55,883 nucleotides of DNA from contig JAHDYR010000019.1 of assembly GCA_019828565.1 (NCBI GenBank), positions 1-55,883 of the forward strand, written 5' to 3'. Numbering within the stretch: the first letter of the stretch is position 1; every line of letters starts with the position of its first letter. Shown one piece after another: positions 20,495-31,800 of the stretch. The translations under genes and the position numbers were made by a program. This stretch comes from Carpediemonas membranifera BICM (Eukaryota > Protista > Fornicata). Below the pieces are notes generated by a model. The model was not told the DNA's origin, searched no databases, and was given only the letters and a program-made list of their open reading frames with translations.

Positions 20495-21832
20495 GTGTTT
20501 GGCGATGGCGCTCCCTTAAATCTGCTTGAACGGCGTGTCGTGGCTGTCTGCGAGGTCGACTTTGACTCTCCCGACACAATTGAGGCATTCCGACGGAAGT
20601 TTTGTGACCACTTCACCGCCAAATCTGTTCATAAGGCTCTAGTCGGCGTCGACTCGCTCCCTGTTGAGAAGCAGGTTGAGATTTACCGCGCATTCCACCT
20701 TGTGTTGCGCCACAAGGACTCGAAGAAACTCGATTCTCGTGTTCCGGCAGGCCAATTTGGCCAGTTTATCGCCCACGCCCAGCTCAGCAAGAAGCTGTCC
20801 TTCGCTGGCTCAGAGAAGCTGACCGAGGAGTTGGCTAAGATCGGTTCGCTCGATCCGTCAGCTCCTCTGAAGAGGAAGATCGCTCGTCTTGAGAAGGAGC
20901 TCGCCTCATCGACTGCTGCTCTGATGAAGGTCCAAGAGGAGTTAGTCCGGGCCCAGAACCACTCAGCAGCAGCCACCAAGCCTTCTGCCGTCGTTGCTGC
21001 CCCTCAGCCGCTTCCGGTTGTCGACGCAGAGTCCACGACACACGATGAATTTTCCGACACTGACGAGTCCGAGTCCGATGGCCACTCTGAACCGGCCGCC
21101 ATGCAGGGTGACGGCGTTCCTTTGCCCCAGTCTGATCAAGACGTCGACGTAGAGTCCGATGTGGACGACACAGACACCGTTGGTTCTCTCCTTCAGCAGC
21201 TAGACGACACCAGTGCAGGCCTTGATGATGTACCCGAGTCTGTGCGCTTGTTGGAGCAGTACGAGCCCTTGATGAAACGGCTTGCTGAGGAGCGGGAGGC
21301 GAGGGAGGCGCTTGAACAGGCTAACAGAGATTCTGAGGAGTCCCAGAAGAGACTTGAAGCTGAGTTAGGTCAGCAGAAGGCCGAGGATCAGGCGATCCAT
21401 CAGTTTACTCAAGCAGAGTTGGCACGGGCGAGTGAGGCTGGGCTTGAAGCGCTCGCCGATGAACTCGAGGACAACTGGGCTGAGCTTGTCAGGCGCGCCG
21501 AGGAGGCAACAGTGGAGCTTGACCGCTACGTTCCTCTCGCTGCCTTGATGGTACTGTTCCAGAGGAACAATGTGACTGGAGCCTTATGGACTCGGATCAA
21601 TAGCACCATGATGAGGTACGGGGGCCAGAAGTTCATAACGGTCCCACCCCTCGACCTCGGTCTGTCGCCAGAGATGAAGGCTATCATCAACCAGCACTCT
21701 CCGGCGGTCGACCTGCCGCCAGATATGAGCAGCAAGGAGCACTCATCTCCTGCCGATGTTACTCCTATGCATATATTCCTACGTCGCGATGGTAAGAGCA
21801 AGGCCCGTGCGACGACTTCGGAGAAACTCTAA
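20495..21832 (+). CDS. Acidic coiled-coil protein with alternative N-terminus
   Basis: Near-identical to 5979-7583 from EFSDTDESES onward. True start may lie upstream. Confidence 0.7.
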   Translation: MFGDGAPLNLLERRVVAVCEVDFDSPDTIEAFRRKFCDHFTAKSVHKALVGVDSLPVEKQVEIYRAFHLVLRHKDSKKLDSRVPAGQFGQFIAHAQLSKKLSFAGSEKLTEELAKIGSLDPSAPLKRKIARLEKELASSTAALMKVQEELVRAQNHSAAATKPSAVVAAPQPLPVVDAESTTHDEFSDTDESESDGHSEPAAMQGDGVPLPQSDQDVDVESDVDDTDTVGSLLQQLDDTSAGLDDVPESVRLLEQYEPLMKRLAEEREAREALEQANRDSEESQKRLEAELGQQKAEDQAIHQFTQAELARASEAGLEALADELEDNWAELVRRAEEATVELDRYVPLAALMVLFQRNNVTGALWTRINSTMMRYGGQKFITVPPLDLGLSPEMKAIINQHSPAVDLPPDMSSKEHSSPADVTPMHIFLRRDGKSKARATTSEKL

Positions 21833-21860
21833 GAGAGTAAAGTGATTGATCAGACATGAT

Positions 21861-22635
21861 TTACTTCTTCTTCTTAATTCCCGCGCGCTGAGGTTGACGT
21901 AAACTGGGATACATCCTCTTCAAGTTGGAGATGTACCGCTTGTCAGTCATTTCGAGGGCCCGAAAGTGAGCCACTTCGACTTTCTTGACCTCCGAATCCT
22001 TCCAGTAGTCCTCCTGATAGTCAATGCGAAGGAACTCATCCTTCTCGATGCGCTTATTGGCATACACACCAAGAACAGGGAGGCCGCAGAGCACGCCCTC
22101 GCTGCATACACAGTTATAGTCATCGCTGTGATTGATCAGGTGGACTCCACTGGCGTAGGATAGCTCAGTGGAGTCCACACGCACCTTGTTCCAAAAAGGA
22201 GATTCTATGTAAAATGAAATAAAGGGTAACAAACACCATCGACGTGTTGCTGGCGAGGTATTCTTCCTCTGAGAGGAGCTGGCCACAGTAGACGCCGAGG
22301 AAGGTCCCCTCTTTGACCTCCTGGACAGCCATCATCCCTCTGCCAACATGCCCAGTCTCGGCGTCACGGGCTGGTTGCTCCTTAACGACCTCGAGGAAGG
22401 GAGCGCAGCAAGACTCGGCCGCCGGCAGCCAGTCAGGCATCACATAGACGCGGGTGATGCCGTGACACTTCTTCCGGAGATCGGATATCTCCTCATCAGT
22501 GGCACCTGGGTAAATTCGATGGACAACGTTTTGCGGGAGCGTCATCGGATCATCAAGCTGCTCGCTAGCATCAGCAGATGCGCTTGAATTGTCGCTGTCG
22601 ATCGGGGGATGAGCTGGTGCCTTACTACGTGCCAT
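21861..22635 (-). CDS. SET-domain lysine methyltransferase (copy 2)
   Basis: Same motifs. Split at the same AT-rich GT..AG segment. Confidence 0.85.
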
Positions 22636-22873
22636 TGAAGTCCTCTCGTTATGCGAAAAAGCCAATTTTCGCAAAAACATCTTGTGAAAATATCGCGAAA
22701 GTTTCTGAAACACTGCTAAACGCCTATTGCTGACGTACACATGAATGGGAATGGATTTATGCAAAGATGAAACAACATATTCCAGGTTTTTATAGGCCAA
22801 AACTTCAGCTATCAGGCCGTACTGTGCTTGTGCCAATATTTTTTTCATGGTGGCACATTCTGAAATTTGTGAA

Positions 22874-23926
22874 ATGAGCGAAGAACTGCCGCTTGTGTTC
22901 AATGAGAACGCTGTAAGAGCCGTAGAAGGCTCTGATAAGGTGCTTGAGTGTGTTTGCGGCAAAAGAGACAAGCGTCGCGGCTATCGAGGAATTGGTATCC
23001 TCCCTCATCACCCTCCGGACAGCTTGACAAGGTTCCACTCCTGCCCGCTCACTCTGGACAACCTTGTCAACCGTCGCGTGCTCGTTGTTCTTGAGCCAGA
23101 GAACGGGTTCGCCTCCTCTCGCGACTCATTCGCCGTGTTCCACCTTGAGCACATGCCAGACGCGGCAGGGTACCATGTCAAGCTCAAGACGATCCTTGAG
23201 ACCATGGGTGACCAGTACCTCACAATCGAGGCCGTGTCGTTCTCCTCGACAGCAGATTTGGTTTCCAAATTGAGGACCCTGGCCGATCTTTACGCCAACT
23301 TCGACACGTATTGGGTCATTTCTGGCCATACGGAGACTAGTACTTCTCGCTTGGTCATTGATGCGGCCACAAACGATGCCCTGTTCCTCCACAACTTTGT
23401 GGAGTTGATCACGGCCGCATTCAAGGAGCCTACAGTCGTCGATCAAACACGTGTGCGTATGATTTACTTCGCCACGTGTACTAGAGATAACGACACGGCC
23501 GAGACAACCGAGCTGATGAAGACGATTTCGACGAAACCGTACAGGCACACCTGCATCATCCTCACTCCAGAGCAGGTACTGGCCAATGAGCTCCACCTGC
23601 AAGACTGCTTCTGGATTTATCGTACGCTGTGCATGGACAACCCCCTGCTGTTTCTGTCGAGGTACTTCTCAGGCTACCGCAACGCGCCGGGGGCTGCTGG
23701 GAGACGGCTGATTGCAAATGGCTCATTAAGTAGCTGCAATGCGCCGATGCAGATCCTGGGTCCGACCAAGTATGTATCTTCTCTGCCTCTACCGTCTATT
23801 CGTGACCACTGTACCGGCATTACCGACTACAAACCACTGGAAACAAACCCTTCCACTGTTCTAGATGAGCGGTTCATCACTCAAATGACGCAGAGACACG
23901 CACATGCCACTCGCACGATCCATTAA
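22874..23926 (+). CDS. Putative clan CD cysteine protease (copy 2, intact)
   Basis: VISGH and IYFATC motifs. Confidence 0.55.
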   Translation: MSEELPLVFNENAVRAVEGSDKVLECVCGKRDKRRGYRGIGILPHHPPDSLTRFHSCPLTLDNLVNRRVLVVLEPENGFASSRDSFAVFHLEHMPDAAGYHVKLKTILETMGDQYLTIEAVSFSSTADLVSKLRTLADLYANFDTYWVISGHTETSTSRLVIDAATNDALFLHNFVELITAAFKEPTVVDQTRVRMIYFATCTRDNDTAETTELMKTISTKPYRHTCIILTPEQVLANELHLQDCFWIYRTLCMDNPLLFLSRYFSGYRNAPGAAGRRLIANGSLSSCNAPMQILGPTKYVSSLPLPSIRDHCTGITDYKPLETNPSTVLDERFITQMTQRHAHATRTIH

Positions 23927-23940
23927 AGTTCTACACTTGT

Positions 23941-25147
23941 TTACCACTTCATTTTGACCACATGATCGTCATAGACGCTTCTGCACATCTTACACAGGCG
24001 AATCGTGAACACTCTTTGATCAAGCCTTGCCTCTAGTTCAGTTATGTGGGTCGGGCACATCCACTTGAGGCAGGCATAGCATGACATCAGTTCGCTGGTC
24101 TTCTTCTGAGTCTTGTGATCACTTGTGCACGCTTCGCACCGGTTCTTCGACTGCTTGCAGCATGGGCACTGGACCTTAGACCCAGCTTTGCCAGGTCTGT
24201 GGCAATGCTTGTGCATGAAAACGCTTGCAAGAGCTGCAAGTTACAAAGTCGCGGACATTTGGATTCCACCACCAGTCGGGAGCACGGCACACGACGCAGG
24301 CATATACCAGCGATCTCTGGTAGAGAGTAGCCAGAGAGTGTACGTCGGAGGGGGGCTGATCGGACTCGGAGATGGGTTCCGTGTGACTCTGGCCGAACTT
24401 ATTACTGATACGCTTGATGACAGCGGCCGAAACTATCTCAGCAAGCATTTCTGGATCAAGTCGGGCTCGTTTGGCCGCGGTCTCCACCTCATCCAGACGA
24501 AGTTCAAGCCTTCGGCGAGCAGTCGTGACCAGAGCTTCATCCTCGTCTGAGATCTCGTACTCCATGATCTGAGATAGCTTCGTTTCCTGGCGAGCAGATG
24601 GTAGCTCGGCCTTGATCGAGAGGAGGGGGGTGGAACCAGAAGAAATGGGAGGAACGGCGGACGGATCAGGATCATTCTTGGCTCTGGGCGGACGATAAGT
24701 GACAAGCGTGGGCCAGGTGATGCCCTCAAGCTGAACTTGATTTGATACGTCAGGCTTGTCGATCGCCTTCAGTATGCTAGCGAGCTGAGCGCGGAAGCTA
24801 CTGAGCTGAGGTTGACTGGCAAGACAAAGCCTGTGCGCTACGCCGTTATTTACCTCCTCTGTTCCAAAATGGTCGTTTTGGAAGGTCTTGATTGCGGCAA
24901 TCGCTGCGTGCGAGGTCCTATCGGCGAACAGATAGCCCTTGATGTCTGGGACCAGTTTCAGAAGGCGTTCCTGAATAATGCGCAGGCATTGGTGCATGTC
25001 GGCCGTGGAAAGACCCATGCCGCTGGTGACCGTCGTGTCAAAAAATGCATTGAGGTATGCCGAATAAAGATTGGCCCGGAAATACCTTGGCTTATCTCCT
25101 GTTACGCGTTTAGCTGCCGCAGGTTCTTGTATTACAGGAATGTCCAT
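23941..25147 (-). CDS. PHD-finger protein (copy 2, one indel near 24218)
   Basis: Inverted copy of 2661-3871. Confidence 0.75.
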
Positions 25148-25672
25148 CCGCGAAATTCTGACATAAACTGCGAATTTCACCAAATGGAACTGCGGCGCGG
25201 AGGCATCAATGTTACTGAATTAACAGTAAAGAACATGTATAAAGTGTGTAAGATAGAAGAAAGTCTCAAAAAGATCCGCGAAAACAATTTTCAAGCCAAA
25301 TTGGACATTTCTATAGACGACACAGTCTCTGACATGTTTTTGGCCATCGAAAATCTCCGAAAGAAGCTTGTGCTTGTGCTACATAACTCTGATGTTTGAT
25401 AAATGGACAATTCAATTGAAAAAAGTTGCGTTTAGATTGTTGAAACTCTTAACGCTTGAAACATGGTTGTATGAGCCTGATTGGTCACATTAAGCGCCTC
25501 AAGCTGCTTCAGCACAATCTCTTTCACGTTCTCGCATGAAAATGAGAAAGAGATTGTGCTGAATCTGTGTTGAACCGTTGTTTTGTGACAATTCATGACA
25601 ATTTGAAGCAATCAACGCAAAATTATGTAACAAAAACACATCAGATGATCGTTTAATGCTGTACCACAGGTG

Positions 25673-25980
25673 TTACATCATCATCTGATCCATGGTAGTG
25701 GAGACTCTTGACTCAGTGGAGAATGGTGGCCAGGAGAAGAAGGCGGACTGCCAACGGGCGTGGCAGAGGCTGAAGACGACGGCTGAGTGGGAGCAGGTTG
25801 GGTGGGGGGTGGCGTTGACGACGAAGAGGTGGATGGAGACGGGCACGGAGATGGATACGGCGAGCTGTACGGCATACGCCTTACTGGAAGCGGCATCTCC
25901 GGCCACTTGACGAACCTGCACCGCCGGGCAGTTAAATCTTGAGGCCTCTTCTTGATCTGCCTTGGTTTCGTCCTTGGCAT
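25673..25980 (-). CDS. Small protein starting MPRTKPRQIKKR (copy 2)
   Basis: Inverted copy of 1814-2120. Confidence 0.35.
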
Positions 25981-26051
25981 CGCTCTGTGCAGAATTAGCC
26001 ACAGTTTTTCACACAATTTTCACACAAAATTTACACGTTTTCAAATAATCT

Positions 26052-27359
26052 TTACTTCCGATCAATCATCGCAATAAACTGCCTGTGGAGTCTTCCGCTT
26101 ACACCTTTTGCGCACTTATTGGTGCTCACCTGCCTGTATCCCTTGTGGCATGTGTCACAGCTGACGTTCTCGCGTCCATGAAGGTCTCTACCACACACTA
26201 TGCAGCGCCGATAGAAGACTTGACCCTCAAACCCCCGTTGGCAGCAGTCGACCATTCTCTTTCGCTGATCTACAGAGAGTAAGACCTGTTCAGTATCATC
26301 CAAGAGGAGCGGACTGGTCTTGGCGACGCATTCATGCACGCGCATGATGACCTTGAGCTTTTCAAGACATTCGGCAGCAGTGGGACGCTTCGTTGGGTCG
26401 AAGTGGAGCATCTGCATTGCCAGGTCGTACATTCCGAGGCAAGTGGGTGGCGTGGTGCCGCGAATCGGTAGTGCAGAGTTCACGTTCACGAAGTTGAGAC
26501 AATCTCTGAGCGGTTCGAGTGTCTTACGTGACAACTGCAACTGCCCACCATAGAAGTGGCACCAGTTCAGCAAGCTACCAAGCTTCAGCATCTTCTTCTT
26601 CTTCCTGTTGTCGATCTGCGCCATGTTTGCACCCATGTCAGTCACCTTCGCGGCAAAGGGGGACTTGGGGAGACCGTAAAAGAGCATCAAAATGACTACA
26701 CCGCACGAGTAAATGTCGGAGGCAGGTGTGACGACATAAGAACAGGCGGGAAGAGCCGATGCAGTCATTCGCGTGAGCTTGGAGGTCTCGTATGGCGCTC
26801 TTTGAACTTCCGGAATGACCGAACGCGCAGCGAGACACTCTTTGAACATCTCTGGGGGTAAATACCCATGCGTGCCGCGATATTCGGATGCTGATTTCAG
26901 TTGTATGACCCAGTTCTCGTCGCTACAAGCCGGCTTCGTCATAGCAGAACCAAAGTCAATGAGGTATCCCTTCTGGTCTGTGCTAAAAAGAAAGTTGTCG
27001 GGCTTAATATCGCAATGAGCAACTCCGTGGTCATGCATGAAGCATACAGACTGCAGTAGATGCGAAACGTAGCGGAACTGAAGGCTGGGCTCAGCCTTAC
27101 AGAGGTCGACGAAGAAGATTTGGTCGACATGAGGAGTCATGAAGGCTGGGACATGGTCTACAAAGCCTGTATCGACGACAGGGAGGACATGCGGACTGTC
27201 CTTGAGCGCTAGCAGGGTGGGAACCTCCATATCGTAGTGCTCATCAATCTTGATCACGACCTTCAGCTTGTCAGCTCCAAACTCGTGCAGATACCGTCTA
27301 CTATTACCACGTGAGGAAGTCTGTTGCTCCAGCTTCTCACTATCGAGCTCGAACACCAT
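26052..27359 (-). CDS. Ser/Thr protein kinase with C-terminal CxxC..CxxC
   Basis: HCDIKPDNFL, DFG, GTHGYLPPE, SDIYSCG. Intact 435 aa. Confidence 0.92.
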   Translation of the reverse strand: MVFELDSEKLEQQTSSRGNSRRYLHEFGADKLKVVIKIDEHYDMEVPTLLALKDSPHVLPVVDTGFVDHVPAFMTPHVDQIFFVDLCKAEPSLQFRYVSHLLQSVCFMHDHGVAHCDIKPDNFLFSTDQKGYLIDFGSAMTKPACSDENWVIQLKSASEYRGTHGYLPPEMFKECLAARSVIPEVQRAPYETSKLTRMTASALPACSYVVTPASDIYSCGVVILMLFYGLPKSPFAAKVTDMGANMAQIDNRKKKKMLKLGSLLNWCHFYGGQLQLSRKTLEPLRDCLNFVNVNSALPIRGTTPPTCLGMYDLAMQMLHFDPTKRPTAAECLEKLKVIMRVHECVAKTSPLLLDDTEQVLLSVDQRKRMVDCCQRGFEGQVFYRRCIVCGRDLHGRENVSCDTCHKGYRQVSTNKCAKGVSGRLHRQFIAMIDRK

Positions 27360-27709
27360 GCACAGGTAGCTGTGCGAAATTCGGTCTTAAAGTGCATTTT
27401 GCGACAGCTACCTGTGCGTCGCTACGAGGGAAGCAGCAGCGGAAATAAAGACAGGAGTAGCTTATGGATAGCATTTATCGACAACCTCAGTGATTCTCTT
27501 GGCGAACAGTAGTCTCAGTGCAGAGAAGCATTTCGTGAAAATGTGTGAAAAATGCAGAAGCTCACAGATGCATGGAAAGCATGTATAGTGATGTCCTGTA
27601 CATCCAGGGGTGTTCAGTGCCATCTCTTTCGTTTTCTTGCGCCTTGTGAAAATGGTGAAAAGATTTCACTGAATCTAATGTTTTCACCATTTTTTTTTCG
27701 TGAAAACGG

Positions 27710-27758
27710 ACTTCCTCATGATTTCCTCAGGCATCGAAACCCCGTTTTTAACAGTATG
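27710..27758 (+). repeat. 49-bp terminal repeat
   Basis: Identical to 13963-14011. Outer end reads 5'-CATACTG on the minus strand. Confidence 0.9.
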
Positions 27759-28346
27759 GTCAGTATGCTGCAAATGTCGCAGCGAGAAAGGAGTCACCAA
27801 TCGCGTTCAGCTTTCTTGTTTCTCGCCTGATACTGCTCGTAATATCGTTCAAGCGTGAATCTATGAAGTAATGGGACTGAATGGCCTCTATTGCGTCAAT
27901 TTCTTGCGTAATCGTTGTTGAATGGCCTAGAATAGATGTTGCAGCTGCTTCCAGCTCCTGTTGCATGCTAAATGCTGTGTTTTGGACAATTGGTCGTGTT
28001 CAGGCAGATTTTTTTCGTGCAAAGTGCAGGCTAATACGCGCCCTTAAACTGTGGGATCAGCCGCTGGGTAAATATACTGAGAAAAAACCATATAGCTGAG
28101 TTCACTGTCTTGTGCTGAATACGGTGGCGCCATTTATTTCTCTGAATCGCTAAGTTTTGTCAGCGTTGACCGCGCACGACCGGTCGTCCTTACGCGATGA
28201 CACCCAGCCCATCTTGTAGGTCGGGTGGCCATACCTCGCGGCCTTGCTTGCTTTTCTTTGACGAGCAATATTCCCTGAGTAATAGCCTCTCCTTTTCTTC
28301 AATTCGACTCTAGCCAAGTCAAAAAACAAGAAATCGACCATATCTC

Positions 28347-28450
28347 AAAATCTAACAGGTAGATTCACTCTGAAAGTGATTATGCGCATATGTACCTCCT
28401 TTCAACTACTCACATAATCACTATCGTAGTGAATCTACCTGTTAGATTTT
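28347..28450. repeat. 104-bp fold-back (MITE-like or hairpin RNA)
   Basis: Perfect 23-bp IR aaaatctaacaggtagattcact plus inner agtgattatg/cataatcact. Confidence 0.85.
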
Positions 28451-28707
28451 CTGTTATTGTCCATTTTATCGTTTCGTCTTAACCTGCACGGCGAAATGCT
28501 CAAACCAGGCAAGGAGTCAGAGCCAGAGCTTCTTTCCATGCTCTAAGTACATCATATGGACTCTCAAGAAGACCTTCGTTTATCTCTAAATAGCTTAAAT
28601 TTAATGAATACTTCATTTCTGAGCAAGAAATTGTAGATTATCTAGCGTTTTGAGGTCGAAGATAATCTAGGGTTTAGCAAAGATAATCTAGGGATGTTGA
28701 CAGCATG

Positions 28708-28796
28708 TAGAGTGACGTCTTCGCTGCGCTCAGGCTCGGGAAGCTCGGCTGCGCCTCGCCGCTCGCAATACAGTTCGTCCAAAAGGCAATAAACTG
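28708..28796 (+). mobile_element. 3'-UTR remnant of family A retrotransposon
   Basis: Matches 32161-32249 with a few substitutions. Followed by the 12-mer at 28797-28808. Confidence 0.85.
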
Positions 28797-28808
28797 TGCT
28801 CCCTCCCG

Positions 28809-31800
28809 AAATGGAAATGTCGTCATTTTCTGTGCCCCAGGCTGATCCTGGAGGCCAGATGGTGACTCGACGACGTACGAGACTCGTATGGCGCGAAAGC
28901 GTCTTCGCCGAGGATGTTCGTGCTCTTCTTACCGAAGTTCATAGCACCTACGCGAAGTTCGTCGACATAAGCCTAATTGACAGACTGTGGTGCGATACGG
29001 ACACGGTGTTCAACACATTGTGCTCTGAAACTGCGGTTGTCGAGCTCATGCGCGACGTCCAGAACAAACACATCGTACGCTTTACCGTGAAAGCCCTGAA
29101 GGCGATTGCTGACAGCTTCAAGGACCTCCTTAAGGCCCACAGCATCACCACACAGGCGCTGCCAACGGCAACTTCGTTGCGTTCTGCAAACACAGCCCCC
29201 AAGTCCATTGCGATTATCGCCTGCACGATACGAGACAACGCTATGCGTCCAGAGACCGCTGCAAATGTCCCTCCCTCTGCAGTAGAGATCGCGACGGACG
29301 ACGAGGGTCTGTCATCGCAGCCTGTTGACGAAGAGGTCCAGGCAGACACGGCAGCTCACGTTTCGGCGGTTGGTTTCCCCTAACCCCGCCATCAGCACCT
29401 CCCACTACCCCTGCTCATCGACCCGATGTCTTCCTTCCCCCGGGTCAGGCCTTGTTCCTCGGAAAGATCGCTCCGCCCAAGCGCGGGCGCGAGAAGTTCA
29501 CACGAGGCCTTATTGAACGATTGAGGGAGGTGAACAACGCGACAGGTGACGACGCCAAGCGGGCTGAGGCTCTTAAGGTTGTAGACTACCCCAAGACGCT
29601 GTACGCACCGCCGTCGGACCGAGGCGGACGACGCGCTAGCGCGAGCAAGTGGCGTCGGACGCTGAACCTGATTCGCCACGGGTTTGTCTCGAAGGCCGCC
29701 ACGTCCATGGTAGCCAATGAGACTGACCTGACACCGACTGAAATCGACGCTCAACTGCGGGACCTCCAGGTTGGGTTCAACGGGCTTTGTCCCGACGTCC
29801 CCATGCGAGACGTCCCCGAGAACCCCCTGCAGTGTGTCGAAGTTTCCTCTAAGACTCTGAAGACCATCCTCAACACACTCAAGTCTGAGGCGGCCCCGGG
29901 GCCCTCCGGGCTATCGTTCCTTCACCTGGAGATCGCCTACAAGACATCAAGGCGCGAACTAGTCCAGGCTCTGCTCCCGCTGGTTCAGGACATCCTGAAC
30001 GGAGAAGCTTACACTGATGTGTTCAGTCATTGCATTCTCGTCCCTGTGCCGAAAGGTGAAGGGAAGGTCCGAGGGGTCGCGATCGGCGACTCTATTCGCC
30101 GTGTGGCGGCAAAGGCACTCGCCTGGTCCGTCCGTAAGCGGCTGGTTGACGTCGATCGTGCCCTGAAGGACCAGTTCGGAGTAGGTGAGAAGTGCGGCTT
30201 GGAGAGGTTGGGAGAGGAGGTGAGTGCAGTCTACCGAAGTGGCGGTACAGTGCTCACACTCGACCTTTCCAACGCCTATGGATGCTTGTCGAGGGCCTTC
30301 GCCATGAAGGTGGTGGCGGCCTACATGCCGGCGCTCATCCCATACCTGTCGACCATGTACCGACGGGGCTTACTTTTCTCTACCTCCGGCATCACCATGA
30401 GGTCGGCTGAAGGCATTCACCAAGGGGACCCGCTCTCGCCAATTCTTTTCAGCTTAGGCGTTAAGCCCATTCTGGACGTCTTGCGCGAGGCTTTCCCTGG
30501 GTGGTGCATCCGTGCCTACCAGGATGACATTGTAGCCACCACTACCCGCCCGCTACAGTCGCCTGGGGTCGGCCGTGAGGCCAACAATCTCACAGAACTC
30601 GCCGCTCAGAAGTTCAACGAGGTTGGCCTCCGCCTCAACCGTGCCAAGTGCGTGCTAGCCCATAAGGATGTCGTTGACGGCAACACAACTGGTGGCGTCC
30701 CACGGAGACGCGATACCAAGCTGGTTGGTGTTCCAATCGGCTCCGCCACGCACATCATGCGGGAGCTAGGCTCTGCTAACCGCAAGGTTATGGAGCTGCT
30801 TGACGCTGCTGCATCGATGGTCTCTGACATTGGCGCGGAAGCCGTCGCCCCTGCCCTCCTAGTGACGAAACTGTGTGCCCTCACCAAGTGGGAGCACTTC
30901 TTCCGCAATGTTTCGCCGGGCGGGGGTGACATGTTCGAGTCGCAACTGGACTTCGAACAGCAGAAGGTGGTCCCCGCCATCCTGAAGCTGCTCCAGTCCA
31001 GCGCAGAGACTGACAAGGACTTCGCCGCAAGGCTCTGTCTGCCGGTCAGTCAAGGCGGGCTCGGATTGGCCATGCCCTCTGTTGTGTGGGCCCCAGCCTA
31101 TCTGGGTGCCGCACGACAACTCATAGAGCTGAAGGTCGAAAGGCCCGAGGCTCTCATCCAAGACGCACTGCCATGCATCCCGGCTCTCGCCGCGACGCCC
31201 AAGGATTGGCCGACATCATATGGCGATGTCAGAAAGCTCTCACTCGAGAGCACGCAGAAGAAGTTGGTACGCCTCCTGCAGGATAACATTTCCAGCCAAC
31301 TGACTGTTTCAGTCGACTCGCCAAACGTGATCAGGTCTCTACTCGCGGCTGATCCAGCCGCTATGGGTCGTAACCCCTGTGACGAGGGTGCTGCACCGAT
31401 GCTTCGCAACCATGTCGGCCTTCCTGCCTTTGAGACAGGCCACGACGTCTGTCCGCTATGCCTGGCCCGTAGTGTTAACCACCGGTCTGTCCCCTGCTCA
31501 GCCGAGCATTCTCTTACCTGTCCCTTCCTGAGGGAGGGGCTGGGATCGGAGCGGCACGACCAAATTCGCGACACGCTCGCCAAACTGCTGCGCGGGCACC
31601 CCTGGCGCGTAAGAGTTGAGCATTGGCTCGGACGGGGCAGCGAGTGGACTGTGGACCGGACCAAACGGGTCAAGGCGCGGGCGGACCTCCTCTTGACCAG
31701 ACCGGGCCATACCGAACCCGTTGTGCTTGACGTAGTGGTGAGCAATCACGCGTCTGCATCTATGCGGAGCAAGAAGGAGCAGTACGCCAACTGGAACGTC

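Larger units (their letters stand above)
21047..27753 (-). repeat. Right arm of 6.7-kb inverted duplication
   Basis: Reverse complement of 1-6764. Confidence 0.95.
14012..27758. mobile_element. Giant cargo transposon unit 2 (hybrid of a sister family and the unit-1 arm)
   Basis: Diverged paralogues of kinase, transposase and PHD protein, fused at 21047 to an inverted copy of the unit-1 arm. Only one terminal repeat is visible. Confidence 0.5.

Noticed and set aside
1-27758. Inverted arms as a pure fold-back read artefact
   Set aside because: The arms are separated by 14 kb of distinct sequence, the breakpoint is in-frame, and the kinase copies differ by a coherent coding tract. Read-level confirmation is still needed.
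1-27758. Polinton/virophage or giant-virus insertion
   Set aside because: No recognisable pPolB, packaging ATPase, capsid or retroviral-type integrase.
27710-27758. Terminal repeat as a true RSS (heptamer/nonamer)
   Set aside because: CATACTG and AAAAAC only loosely resemble CACAGTG/ACAAAAACC, and the 12/23 spacing is absent.
28655-28700. Telomeric repeat (taggg/tttag)
   Set aside because: Only two isolated TAGGG units inside a 13-bp duplication, not a tandem tract.
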